Origin: Sphyrna mokarran
Taxonomy: Eukaryota
Direction of reading: 5' to 3'
DNA length: 64,000 nucleotides
Assembly (NCBI GenBank): GCA_024679065.1
Contig: JAGIQG010000011.1
Span: 74,400,001-74,464,000 of the forward strand
Below the pieces are notes generated by a model. It made no database searches, was not told the DNA's origin, and saw only the letters and a list, made by a program, of their open reading frames with translations. Below are positions 35,883-48,021 of this stretch, one piece after another. Made by a program: the position numbers and the translations under genes. How positions within the stretch are numbered: position 1 is the stretch's first letter; every line of letters starts with the position of its first letter.

Positions 35883-37704
35883 AATTTATCCCTCCCATTA
35901 TTCACAAGGCTGCTACAATACTTCAGAAAAGATATTTTAATTTTCCTCTCTGCATCTGGTGTAAATTTTCTTTTGTCAAATGGATTGCCCCATTTAATTA
36001 TATTGGAGCCAATGTTTTGTGGACAAACATCAGTTGAAATGAAAAGCATATGGATTATCTAACAGCATTAACAGATTTGAGGTTCACATTCAGCTGTCTT
36101 TGTAGGAAGCGAGCTCAGTCAAACAGCCAAAATACGCATGGCTAAAAGATGCACAGGTGAATGAAATGATAACAATAGGAATTAGAAGATAGATGTCAAT
36201 CGATTCTACTTAGTTTCAGAACACCAACTAAGTGTTATACGTCCAAAAGACAAAATGCAGGTACTTTCCAAGTCTGGGGCATCTCAAGCTGCAAGATGTA
36301 GCCCACCAAGTGCTAATTATCCAGGCGATAAACTCCAGTTCTAATATTGCATTTTGCCTCAATGTTAAAAATATATTTTCCAGGCAGCTAGTACCAATGA
36401 GAGTTTACTAAGAGTAGCCCGAGTTTTGTTATCCTTTCATCAGCATTTTTAAATCAGATATTCTAGAATTTAATTTGAACCTAATGTTCAATGCCATTAG
36501 TTTAGTTAACCACTGAAAATCAGAAAGTGACTGTTGCCGTAATCTGCTAATACACTTTCTCTGTCCGAGCACATCACCAGAATATGTTTTAGAATATTCT
36601 GAAATAGCTGTGGAAAACTATCACAAATGCTTATTTGTTCTCTTTCCGAAGCTGAAGAAGACAAAGCTGCAGACACAATTAGGACCAGAGTTCATCTGCA
36701 TCCTTATAGATTAGAATTAGTAGTGAAGTAAGATACAGTGCATGGTAATTACTTCCATGGTTACAGCTTCATTTATTAGGATCAGTATTTTATCAAATGT
36801 TTAATCCATCCTTTTAAATTCTGTAAACTGTTAAAAGACAAAACCTTTTTTAATGTGCCAAGAAATTTAAGTCAAAACAGATGAACTTTGATTTTAGCAG
36901 ACAATTGCAAGGACAAAATTATACAACATATATAAGTTATTCCATTATTATAGAATAAGGAAGGGCTGGATTGTATAGCAAAAATAACAGTGAAGGCAAC
37001 AGCACTAACTAAACATTATTTACATGGAAAATCAAACAGCAATAGCTGGCAAACTGCATGTGTATGTTAAACATGCAAACTGTTGTCCGGGGTACACTAC
37101 TTTCCCAAAATTTGCACAATCATGGTATTTATGCCAGACTCATCATTCGAATAAATGGAGCAACATGAAGTTGTAGTATTTACCTCAGGGATGAGAACTA
37201 AATCTCAGAAAAAGTTCTGACTTGTTGACTATAGTCCCTTTTAATCATATGGTAATTCTTAATCACTGTCAAACAACCTTCCTGGCACTGAGAAGTAACT
37301 TATACAACTGTGGACACTTAAGCCTTCAGATTTCAATTATTTATTGCTTAAGTTCTTTTTCATTTTTTTTTTAACGTCTTGTTGCTCTCTCACTATTCAT
37401 CCAATCTTTTTTCTCCCCTGTCCATTTTACTTTCTGTATCCAATTTGACATTTAATTCAATATTTGAACTGACATTACTTCGTTCAGGCTCTGTACTCTA
37501 ATGAATAATTCTTTCATCTGATTAGTTAAAGGGACACACACTTGCTTGTCTTATTCTCACAGGTCCCAGATCACATTAGAGGATGCTGCGTATTTTGACT
37601 CTCCTACTTGCAATAAGTCCCAATATCAATTCCTACAAAAAAATCTACGAGCATAATGAACAGCTGTCGCTATTTGTTCGTTGCTGAGGACAAAATGCAG
37701 TCAG

Positions 37705-38040
37705 AATAAGGGCAGCAAATACCTCATACCTCACAGTTCCAAGGATCTGAGTTCAATTCTGACCTTGGGTGACTGTAATGAGTTTGCATATTCTCCACAT
37801 CTGCATGGATTTCCTCTGGGTGCTTTGGTTTTCTGCCACATTCCAAAGATATGAAGGTTAGGTAGGTTGGCCATGCTAAATTGACCCTTAGTGTCCAAGA
37901 ATGTGTAGGTTAGCTATGATGAATGTGTGGTGCTGCAAGGATAGGGTGGAGGAAGAGGGCCTGAGTAAGATACTCTGAAAGAGAGTTAGTACAGATTCAA
38001 TGGGCTGAATAGCCTCTTCTGCACTGTAGGGATGCTATAA
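37705..38040 (+). mobile_element. HE1-like V-SINE (older)
   Basis: gagttcaattc B-box, V-core gagtttgcatattctcc...ttccaaagat and CR1-type tail. Confidence 0.75.
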
Positions 38041-38280
38041 GTTAATTATCCGTAACTTGAATTTTGTATCTCAGCCCTGTTCCCCAACTTTTGGTCTTCA
38101 AGACCTAGTTACTTCCGTTTTTAACTTGGTCTGCAGCAGAACAGGGTGATGAGGGTAAACAAAGAAAGTAACAAATGTTAACTCTAGTCTTGGAATATGT
38201 GACCTTTAAGAGCTGAAGATACTTTTAAAAGTAGACATCTTTAAAACTTTTGTTTAGTTAAGGTTCCTTTGTGCACTTAC

Positions 38281-38432
38281 CAATCGACATGTGAGGCCCA
38301 CTACAGCTACAGGCGTCTGAGCTGATTGAGCAACGTCGAGGAGGTTATAAAGCAAGGTCTGGTTCCTGTGATGAGCAAAGAGGTCAAATTCATCTAAGAT
38401 AAAAAGCACTGGTCTGCTGCTGCTGCGATTTC
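38281..38432 (-). CDS. ORC4: ORC4 exon (152 nt): (G)[50 protein letters not shown]
   Basis: tttctag|GA...TTG|gtaagt. Contains Walker B FILDEFD and the QTLLYNL motif. Confidence 0.97.
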
Positions 38433-39139
38433 CTAGAAATAAAAATATTAACTTTCAAAAAAAAAAATTGTATTTTTAAAAGCAGTTCTTTCAATGTTGC
38501 TCCATCCCCATTTATTCTCATTAAACATTTGTTTTGATTTTTGACAAATTGTCATTACTTGAGTTTTAAGTCAGGGCACTTGATAGTGAAGGAACAATGA
38601 TGCTGCCAAGGGGAGAACAGGATCAGCAGCTACAATCATGTTCAAGTTTCCACCTAAAAACTATCCAAACATATACACATCATTGTTCTATCACTGTTGT
38701 TGCAGCAGTGGAACAACCTTCGCCACACATTGCAGCAATTCAAAGCTGTCAAAACCATCTTCATGAGGTTGATAACTTCTGGCCTTTGTTAGCAGTGTCC
38801 ACATTCTAAATATATATTTTTAAAAAATACATACATACAATGTTGAACTACAAATCTGGACAATTAAGCATGACCATCAAATTCTTGCAGCTAACGGACG
38901 AGTTCCCAGTCACCTTCCTATCTCTGACTACTTGCTTATGATTTTCCTGCTTGGATCTGACATCCAGCTTTCCACACAATTCTCTGTGCTCATCCAGCAT
39001 TTTGCTCAAACCAGTAGGTTCCAGCACATTTACACTCATTTGAAATGCTGCAAGGCTTTAGAAAGATACAAGTGATGTTGCTTTTTGTTGCACAGAGTTG
39101 ATTTTGTAACCCAAAGGCTTTCTAATGGGATTATAAGAA

Positions 39140-39795
39140 TATGACGTGGCGATGCCGGCATTGAATTGGGATAAGCACATTAAGAAGTCTCACAACACCA
39201 GGTTAAAGTCCAATAGGTTTATTTGGTAGCACAAGCCACTAGCTTTCAGAGCACTGCTCCTTCATCAGGTGAGTGGGAGTCGTGTTCACAAGAAAGGCAT
39301 GTAAAGCATACATCATTTTACACGATTATGGTTGGAATGTGAGTTTTTACAAGTAATCAAGTCTTAAAGGTACAGACAATGTGACTGGAGACAGGGTAAG
39401 CACAGGTTAAAGAGATATGTATGTTTCCAGCCAGGATGGTTAGTGAGATTTTGCAAGCCCAGGCAAATTGTGTGCATTACAGATAGCCAAGTTTTGCACC
39501 TATGAGGACAGCCTCAACTATGATCTCGCATTCATGTCACACTATCTGTAATCCCCACAACTTGTGTGGGCTGGAAACAATACATATCTCTTTAACCTGT
39601 GCTTAACCCTGAATCCACTCACATTGACTCGCATTTCAACCATTATCTTGTAAATTGAGTTTGTATCTTTATATGCCCTGTTTGTGAACACGACTTCCAC
39701 TCACCTGATGAAGGAGCAGTGCTCTGAATGTTTGTGGCTTGTGCTACCGAATAAACCTGTTGGATTTTAACCTGGTGCTGAGACTTCTTATTACA
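39140..39795. mobile_element. Long palindromic Penelope-type element (family A), arms ~250-300 bp
   Basis: 39181-39480 is the reverse complement of ~39540-39792, e.g. taagcacaggttaaagagatatgtatgtttccagcc / ggctggaaacaatacatatctctttaacctgtgctta. Each arm has a hammerhead motif followed by AATAAA. Confidence 0.85.
39236..39272 (-). ncRNA. Minimal type I hammerhead ribozyme motif
   Basis: Minus strand reads TCAC-CTGATGA-A-GGAGC-AGT-GCTCT-GAAA-GC-TA-GTGG: both core boxes, 5-bp stem II, palindromic AGCT minimal stem III, UH site and 4-bp stem I. Confidence 0.7.
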
Positions 39796-39899
39796 AGAAT
39801 AAGCAGGATCCAAGCAGCTGGGTGGACCTAACGACTCCAATTTGGCAAGAAACTAAGGCAGCTGCCAGTAATTCAACAAAAACAACAGAGGAAAGAAAA

Positions 39900-40760
39900 G
39901 TCTAGTCACCTTTAGCTGCTTCATCTGTGACTCTCCTGCACCATAAGGTCATAAATAGGGAAGGCAGCTTCTGTGTGTTAGTGTTCTGTTCTGTTCCCAA
40001 CTCCTCAGCTAATAAAGCAGTCCATGCCAACATGTAGCAACGTTGGAAAACATTCAAGTTGAGTTAAGTGACATGTAACATCAATGCCACAGAAATGTCA
40101 GATAATGATCATTTCCAACAAGAGAGAAATTAACCATCTTCCCTTGTCATTCCTACTACAAAACCCCCAATAGGAGGCTGGGAATTCTGCAGCAAATAGA
40201 ACATAGAACATAGAATAAGCTATTTAATAATCATAGAATAATCTACTTGTGACTCCCAAAGCCTCTCCACAAGGCACAAGTCACTGCGACGGAATACTCT
40301 CTACTTGCCAGAATAAAAGTGCAGCTCCAAGAAAACTCAAGTAATTTGATAGGGTCCAGGATAAAGCAATTTGATTGGCACCTCATCGACCAGTTTAAAT
40401 GTTCACTCCCTCCATTGCTACGGCAGAGGTGTATACCATCTACAAGATGCACATGGAAATGTGTGTAGGGTTTTTTTAAACGGCGCCTTCCAAACATTGA
40501 CCTATCACCATGAAGAACCAGCACAGCAGACACAAGAGAAAACCACCTACCGTTCCCTTTCAAGTTCCCTTTCAACCCAGGGATTAAATCATCATTCATT
40601 CAGCATTGCTGGATTTAAAAAATTCAGTTTATCTAGCAGCACTGTGGATGTACCTATAGCAGGCAGACTGTACTCGTTAAAGAAAAGGCCTCATCATCAT
40701 TTTTCCAAAGGCAATAAATTCTTGCTTTGCCAGTGACACTCACATTCCATGAATTAAAGT
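39900..40760 (+). mobile_element. Ancient CR1/L2-like LINE 3' region
   Basis: Decayed RT C-terminal sequence ending gcaataaattcttgctttgccagtgacactcacattccatgaat, similar to the tail of the SINE at 50315-50655. Confidence 0.55.
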
Positions 40761-41499
40761 AAAAGAGAAAGCTATTGGTACTCAGGTTCAGAGGGAAACG
40801 CTGCCCCAGATAATGCTTCAGCATCTGTAGAACACTAACACCGTAATGAATAAAAAAAGTTCATGTAAATAAATTGACGAAACTTTTTTTTAATGTTGTT
40901 TTGAGGATTATATGAAAAAGAATATAGAGGGCAGTAAAGAGAAATGTTAAAATGGCCAGAAGAATTAGCTACCCTTTTACAAATAATGGTGTGGAATTTG
41001 TACATTCAGCCGAAATAAGCAGACTGGACTGCAGTTTAAAATCCCATTCAAAACACATACTGGTCTTCCAAAAGATAATTTGCCCATAAGATTCAGAGAA
41101 GACATCAGTCACGGTCCATTAAGCTATGCAGGTCTGCTTACCCAAAGATACTCTACTGAAGTGGCAACCATCCACTGACCTTAAATAGATCATTTCAATA
41201 AGAGAGAATATTACAACATGTCCTTTTATGTGAAAATACAGGTAAAAAAGAAAAATGGATTCAATTCATCCAAACAGGACATCTGGAAATAAAAAACTAA
41301 CAATCTAAATGAAGCCCAAAAGGTGGCTTATCCTTGTGCTAACAGATTCAAAGCACTTGACAGCATGCAATAGGAAACCATATTTGAAAGCAAAATTATT
41401 TAATATTGACTACCCAAGAATCAAGGGGGAGTTGCTCTTTTTACCACGAGATTTCAATACCTGTCAAATATCTTGTCCACCTTGGTTTACTCAGAATTG

Positions 41500-42850
41500 A
41501 AACATATAAACTAGAAGCAGGAGTTGGTCTTTCAATCTTTTGAGCCTGTTCCACCTTTCATTTTGATCATGGTTTTCTTCTCACCTCTGTTACAAAAGGT
41601 TTATGCCACCTTTGAGGATGACCCCTAGTTCTGCATTCCTCCACTATTGGAAATATTTTTTTTGAACCTACCCTATCTACCCCTGTTAGAATTTTATAAG
41701 TTTATGAGATTCCCTTTCTCTCTTCTAAACTCCACTGACTGTAATCCTAACCAACTTAAGTTTCCTCACATATGACAGATCTGTCATCCCAGGAATCAGC
41801 TTGGTAAATCTTCCCTGTACTCCTCCTATAGCAAGGACACCTTCCTCAGATAAGATACCAAAACTGCATGTAACTCTAGATATAGCCTGAGTGCCCTATA
41901 CAATGAAGGTGAACATACCATTTGTCTTCTTTACTGCCTGCTGGACTTGCATGCTTATTTTAAGTGACTGATGGATAAGGACACCAAGGTTTCACTGACT
42001 GTCCAATTTTCTCAAGTTACACTCATTCTAGTAATAACCTGTCTTCCTAGTATTGCTATCAAAGTGGATAACTTCATATTTATTCACATTATACTTCATT
42101 TGAAGTGCATATGCCCATATTCTCAGCTTCTCCAAATCATGCTGAAGCATCTCTGCAACCTCCTCATAGCTCACCCTCTTATCCAACTTTGTATCATCTG
42201 CAAATTTGGAATAATATGTTCGGCTCCCCATTCCAAATCATTAATGTATAATGTGAACAGCTGGGAACTTACTGCAGATCCCTGCAGAACCCCACTAGTC
42301 ATTGACTGCCAATCAGAAAAAGACCCATTTATGTCAACATTTTACTTCCTATCAGCTAACTAGCTTTCCATCCATCTCAAGACATAATCTGCAATCCCGT
42401 CTGCTTTAACATTATATAGTAGTACATTAGATCTTGTCAAAAGTCTTCTGAAAGTCTAAATAACCACATCCACTGGTTCTCCTTGGTTAACTCTACTAGA
42501 TAGATCCTCAAAAAATTCCAATAGATTCATCAAGCATGATTTCTGTTTTGCAAATCTATTATGACTTTGTCTGATTATAACACTGCCTTCCAAATGCTAA
42601 GTTATGAAATCCTTGATAATGGACTCTAGCATTTTCCCCAGTAGCAATGTTAAGCTTACGGGATTACAGTTCCTTGTTTTCTCTCCACTTCCCTTTTTGA
42701 ATAGCAGCCTTACATTAGCTACCCTCCAATCTGCAGGAACCAGTCCAGAGTCCAAAACATTTTGGAAAATAACCACTAATGGAGCTACTATTTCCAGGGC
42801 TACTTCCCTAAGTACTCTGGATGAAGATTATTAGGACCTGGAGATTCATT
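41500..42850 (-). mobile_element. Old CR1 RT/3' region
   Basis: Minus-strand ORF YSKFADDTKL..VS.EE..E.LQ.DL..L..WA...QM.YNV.K.EVIHF. Confidence 0.85.
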
Positions 42851-42859
42851 CTTCAATCC

Positions 42860-43210
42860 ACGGTGGCATAGTGGTTAGCACTTTGCCTCACAATACCAAA
42901 TACCCAGATTCAATTCCAGCTGTTGTTGACTGTCTGTATCAAATTTGTTCTCCTCATGTCTGCGTGGGTTTTGTATTATTGTTTCCTGATGGCAGATGTT
43001 CCAGTTTCCTGCCACACTCTAAAGATGTGCAGGTTGAGTGGATTGGCCATGATAAATTGCTCTTTAAAGTCCAGGAATGCGTAGGTTAGGGGGATGTGTG
43101 GGTTTATGGGGATAGGATAGAGGGGAGGGTCAGGGTAAGATACTCTGTCAGAGAGTAAGCGCAGAGGCAATGAGCCATATGACCTTCTTCTGCACTGCAG
43201 AGAATCCATA
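42860..43210 (+). mobile_element. HE1-like V-SINE
   Basis: cacggtggcatagtggttagcac, V-core and CR1-type tail. Confidence 0.8.
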
Positions 43211-44070
43211 TTTGTGCAGTTTATAAGTGTTGAACATGAGATTTTGGATGCAACTAAAATGAAATCCAAATACTTCTGGTATCAGATGTTCCAAACTTGA
43301 ACTTTGCAGAGCTGAATTAGCCAAGAAAAATCCAAATCCAGATTCAGATTTCAATCTAAATGCAGACCACCTGAACGACATCCAAAGTTGAACTCTGAGA
43401 TACTTATTCAAAAGGTTTATTAAGTCTCATTTGGATTATTCTTGTGTTTCCTTTGTTGCACACAGAATTGAGAAAACAAAAAAGTAACAATGTAACATTA
43501 TGTTAACATAACTTCAAACCAGAATTTTCTGATGATTATGTGTGCGTCCAGCTGAGCCAAACACCCAGGAAGATCCTAGGCTTGATCCCAGGATAGCCGA
43601 CTTCAGCCAGAACAGCAGTTTGGGATTAGTGTAGCAAGTAGGAGGTAAAGACGGGCATTCTTGTTCCAATGGCATGGACTGAGAGAAACAGAATTGGGCA
43701 TCTGCTGCGAAGTGATTCAATGTAAAATGGGCTCGTGGAAACTGAGTGGCAGCACCAGCAGGGATGGAGTGTTGGGGTTGGGGGGGAGGGGGGGGTCTCA
43801 GGCTCAGCTGAAAAATCTGTCAAATTGTCTACTGTATATTATGTAAATCCAAATATAGAGAGCAGTTATTTCCATGAGTTGCTGGAAACGTGTCAACACC
43901 TGCAGAACTCTACGCCAAGTGGCCATCATTTGATGCAGAAAACCGAGGTAAGGGTGGAATAGGGCAGAACAAAAAACTCAATCCACATCATTTTATATGA
44001 ACCACAACTATTGCTATAATTAATTACCAAAATGAAAAGTCTGGTAAAACAACATACAAAAACAAAGTAC

Positions 44071-44119
44071 CTTTTTTCAAAGCCTCAAGAAGAAAAGTAA
44101 GATTTTCAGCAAAGCTCCC
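44071..44119 (-). CDS. ORC4: ORC4 exon (49 nt): GSFAENLTFLLEALKK(G)
   Basis: ttgcag|GGG...AAAG|gtactt. Confidence 0.95.
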
Positions 44120-44818
44120 CTGCAATTAACAACATTTCCATGAGGTCAGTAAATTCTGTATGTACACACAGCAATGAAAAATAAACAAACACTTTAACCT
44201 CATGCTCTAGAATTCAGATATCCCGATGACAGTACGATGTAGTACTTTGGTATTGCATCAATTGAGAGGCTGGGTTCTCCTCGCGGGAAAAAATTGTGAG
44301 GAGTGACCTGATACAAAAATTTTGATAGAGTGGATACAAAGGGAATGTTGTCTCTTGCAAGAGGCCATCAATACAAGATCATCGTTAACAAATCCACGCA
44401 GGAATTCATAAGAAACACCTTGATGCAAAGTGTGCAAGAATGTAGAACTTGCTCTCACAGTAAGTGGTTGAAGAAATTTTATGAATGCTTTTAAGGGGAT
44501 GCTAGAGAAGTATCAGTCTTCCTTAATATAAAATGAATTGATTGTAAAATTGATCATTGCACTTGTACTGTTGTTAGTTGGCTAACATAGTGCTCCAGGA
44601 GAAGTACGGCAGATGCACAATTTTGGTTTGTTTCTTGATCATACCGTAGCCACGTTTATTAAACTTAAAAATGGACACAGTTGATTTCAAAAGGTAAAGC
44701 AAGAATGCTGATATTTTTTAAGTTCCAGCTTAATATAACTGCTGTTTCTACAAAAACATGAGCACATTATCATAAGATGTCACATTGCAAAACATCAATC
44801 TTATATACAATGACTTAC

Positions 44819-44904
44819 AAAAACTTTATCTCCAACAACATTCTCAAGCTGGAGCTGTCGTGTAATTTCTTTCAATGCAATCTTGTCATCTGTTTGTAAT
44901 AAAC
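44819..44904 (-). CDS. ORC4: ORC4 exon (86 nt): (G)[28 protein letters not shown]
   Basis: ttttag|GT...TTT|gtaagt. Confidence 0.96.
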
Positions 44905-46683
44905 CTAAAACAGAACCAAATAAAGTGGCTGTGGTTTCATTTATTTACCATTTGTACAAATAGGAAGAACAATAATTTTAGGATTAACAAAGTAGAACAC
45001 TTTTTTTTAAAAAGAAAACATTCATCATGCATGTCTAAGATTTTAAAGGGATCAAGAGAAACCTGGAAAGGGACAGAACTTCAGAAGAAACAAACAATGC
45101 CAAAAGACTCTTCCAACATTACTGGATGTTAAGAGGCCATAAACAAACCCTTTGCACAGATTTGAGCATAAGAAGAAACAGAAGATGGTTAATATGGTAA
45201 ATTACTTCTTGGAGAGATTTGATAAAAGCAAGACATCACTAACAATATACAATCCAAGAACAAAAATACACATTGGATACTCAGGGTTGTTACTTTAGTG
45301 AAGTAGCAGTTCCACTGAGGTCAAAGCCAATGAAAATTTTAAATATTATTCCTTAAAGAAAGCCAACCTGTCTCAGAAATGATAAATTTTTTATGACCAA
45401 CCGCAGGTGTTTATTTTTTAACAAGTAGAGAATGTAACAGTCATAGCTGGCAGTTGAGACCAGAAGGAAGTAATAACAATCTACCTACACTTTCAAAAAT
45501 ATCTTCAATTAAAAGCAAATTGCATTTTTTTAATTCATTAGATATGGGTGTCTCTGGCTAGGTGAACCTTTACTGCCCAACCCAATAGCCTTGGAGAAAG
45601 TGCTGGTGTGCTGCCTTCTTGAACCACTGCAACCTATGCGTGAGTATAATGTCACCTCTTTTTCTGTATATGTTATACATCTGCTGAATCCATTTCTATC
45701 CTCCGTTCTCAATCATTTTGCTGACTGTTAACAGAGACCCTAATTCTAGCATCTATCTTCTACATCTATTCTTGAACTTATCTGCCGCACATTGTCCATT
45801 GTCACCTCTTGATTACCCTGTACCTTACGAAATGTTTCTCGCCTAGTCATGTAGAAATTGGAGTACAGTCCAAAAAGATTTGTAGTGTCTTTTATGAAAT
45901 GAATTTGACCACACCTCACTTATCCTGATGGGTAAAAGCCTTTCATGAAATTGCCAGGAATTTGTCACCGCTGTTGCAATTTTCTAATGAAAATCACAAT
46001 GACAATATAGCAAAGAAGTGTATAATCGCAATGTGTCCAAAGAAAAACTATTGTTTGATTTGTTTTTGTTGGCTTATGTTTCAGTGCTATTATTAACTAG
46101 AGATTAAGCACAAAATGATAAATATCTGCTCAGAGGTTTGTTCCCAACAATTCAACTTTCTTTTTTCTGAGCTGTATCTTTGATGCAGGAAAAGCAATTA
46201 AAATGAAACTGGTGTAAATAACAGATATTCTTTTTCTCTCTCTCCCACCACATCAAAACAAACTGTACACCATGAAAGCCTCGTTCCAACTGACAAATTA
46301 AAAGAAATTTATTCAACATGCAAATGCTTTAGGAGGATGCAATAAGGAAGAGCTTGAATGTCAATCATCTTGTTTCAATATGCCATGGGTAATTTTTACA
46401 GCAGCAGTGTACAACTGGCGTGGCCGATCTAGTATCCAATCTAGAAAATGCTCAATTTGCTTTTCCATTTGACTTCATTAGAAAGGAAAAATGGTTTGGA
46501 TTCTGCAACTGGAACCAAGACTGCAGTGTTGGTTGTTTGCTCCAATGAGAGGCTGAATATTAGATCCCATCAACTCTTCCCCCTAAATCCACAGTCCTCT
46601 AGTACAAGGAAGCTAAACATCATCAGTATTTATACAAAACAGTGAAAACAACGGATGTCACTTTTCCAGAGAAAGTGGTTTAC

Positions 46684-46759
46684 CATTTAACTGCACTTGC
46701 AGAAGATTCTCCTTAACTTGTTTCATTTCCATAAGTTCCTTCAACACACTCCTCAGCAA
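46684..46759 (-). CDS. ORC4: ORC4 exon (76 nt), most 5' exon found in the window: LLRSVLKELMEMKQVKENLLQVQLN(G)
   Basis: ttcttag|TTG...AATG|gtaaac. Corresponds to the segment just after Walker A. The ten exons total 1080 nt in frame. Confidence 0.93.
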
Positions 46760-48021
46760 CTAAGAAAACAAAATGAGAACATTTCAGAACCCAAGCTTTG
46801 TTAGAAAGCCGCTTCTTTTTCTGAACTTAACCACTGAAAAACACAGTAAAAGCCCCAGATTTCCAAACTGAAGATTCCTAAATTACTTTTTGGTTCCAAC
46901 TGGTATGGTATGGCCATTTTACTGTTGGTATAATTTACGCTTTTGGTGTTTGTCTGACCCACTGTTTTTCATTTTTGGCAGAAGCAAAGAATAATAAGAT
47001 GACAATTGTTAAATTATGTAAAAAGGTCACTTTACATTTTTGCTGAGATCAAAGACAAATTCAGAGAACATTTTATATCAAAATACAAAATACATGAAAA
47101 TAAATTTTCCATAAGTTCTCATTGTGAAAGAAGACAGATGGAAAGAAAGATTTGCATTTATGTAAAACCTTTCACAACCCCTACATAGCACTTTACAGTC
47201 ACAGACCAACTCTTGGAAGTATGGTGGCAGTTATGCCTTTGGGGACAATCTTTTTCTGGACTCAGTGGCATTATATAACCTCCGACATGGCCAAGATGAC
47301 GTCTTAAATTGAAAGGAACAGTTTAGCTCACATTTAATAATTTGATAAAATAAATCAACAACCTAATACATTTATTATATTCAATAATGCATCACACTAA
47401 GAAAACACTCATTTGCAAAACTCATTCATAAAAACGTAATTCCCTTTAAGTGGTCAATCTGTTATCAAGTCAAACAAAAATGTATCCACTTACAACAAGA
47501 ACTGATGATCCTTCAACAATCCCTTAAAACTGTCGAAGTGTGACCCAGCTCCCCTGCTGAGATTGGTTGTTCTGGAACATTTGAAACTCAGCCAATTTTC
47601 AGAATAGGCCCAGCTATCAAAACACATCTTGGGAAATGTCAACAATAGAGTCAAGTGAAACTGAAGTACCAGCTGTAGTTGCTGTGCAGTTCCATTTCAA
47701 AGCAGAATGTCAATTAATATATTTTACCACGTGCTTAGATTTATTTTAACATTCAGAGTTTTTTTTCCCCCAATGTTAAAGATCAGTAGACATTTAAATC
47801 TCAGTCTAAAACATGACAGGAGAGTTTTCCACCACATTCTGAACCAGTTTTGAGTGCATTATGACACTTATTCCATTGGAAAAAAATGCTCCAATATGTT
47901 AACGCTTGCACGATGCTGGTCAATGTCATAGTCAACTTATCTTTGTACTCAATCACTGCAGTAATAACACATCTAATTTTCAATACAACATCTAACCATT
48001 GAAATGAAAAGCAAACCTTTC

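Noticed and set aside
40930-43760. Possible Deu-type SINE remnant (~40930-41060) and LF-SINE-like remnant (~43540-43760)
   Set aside because: Only faint resemblance to recalled consensus sequences. Needs an HMM search.
47485-47560. Minus-strand gtaagt donor upstream of the 76-nt ORC4 exon
   Set aside because: The preceding sequence does not translate to ORC4-like residues.
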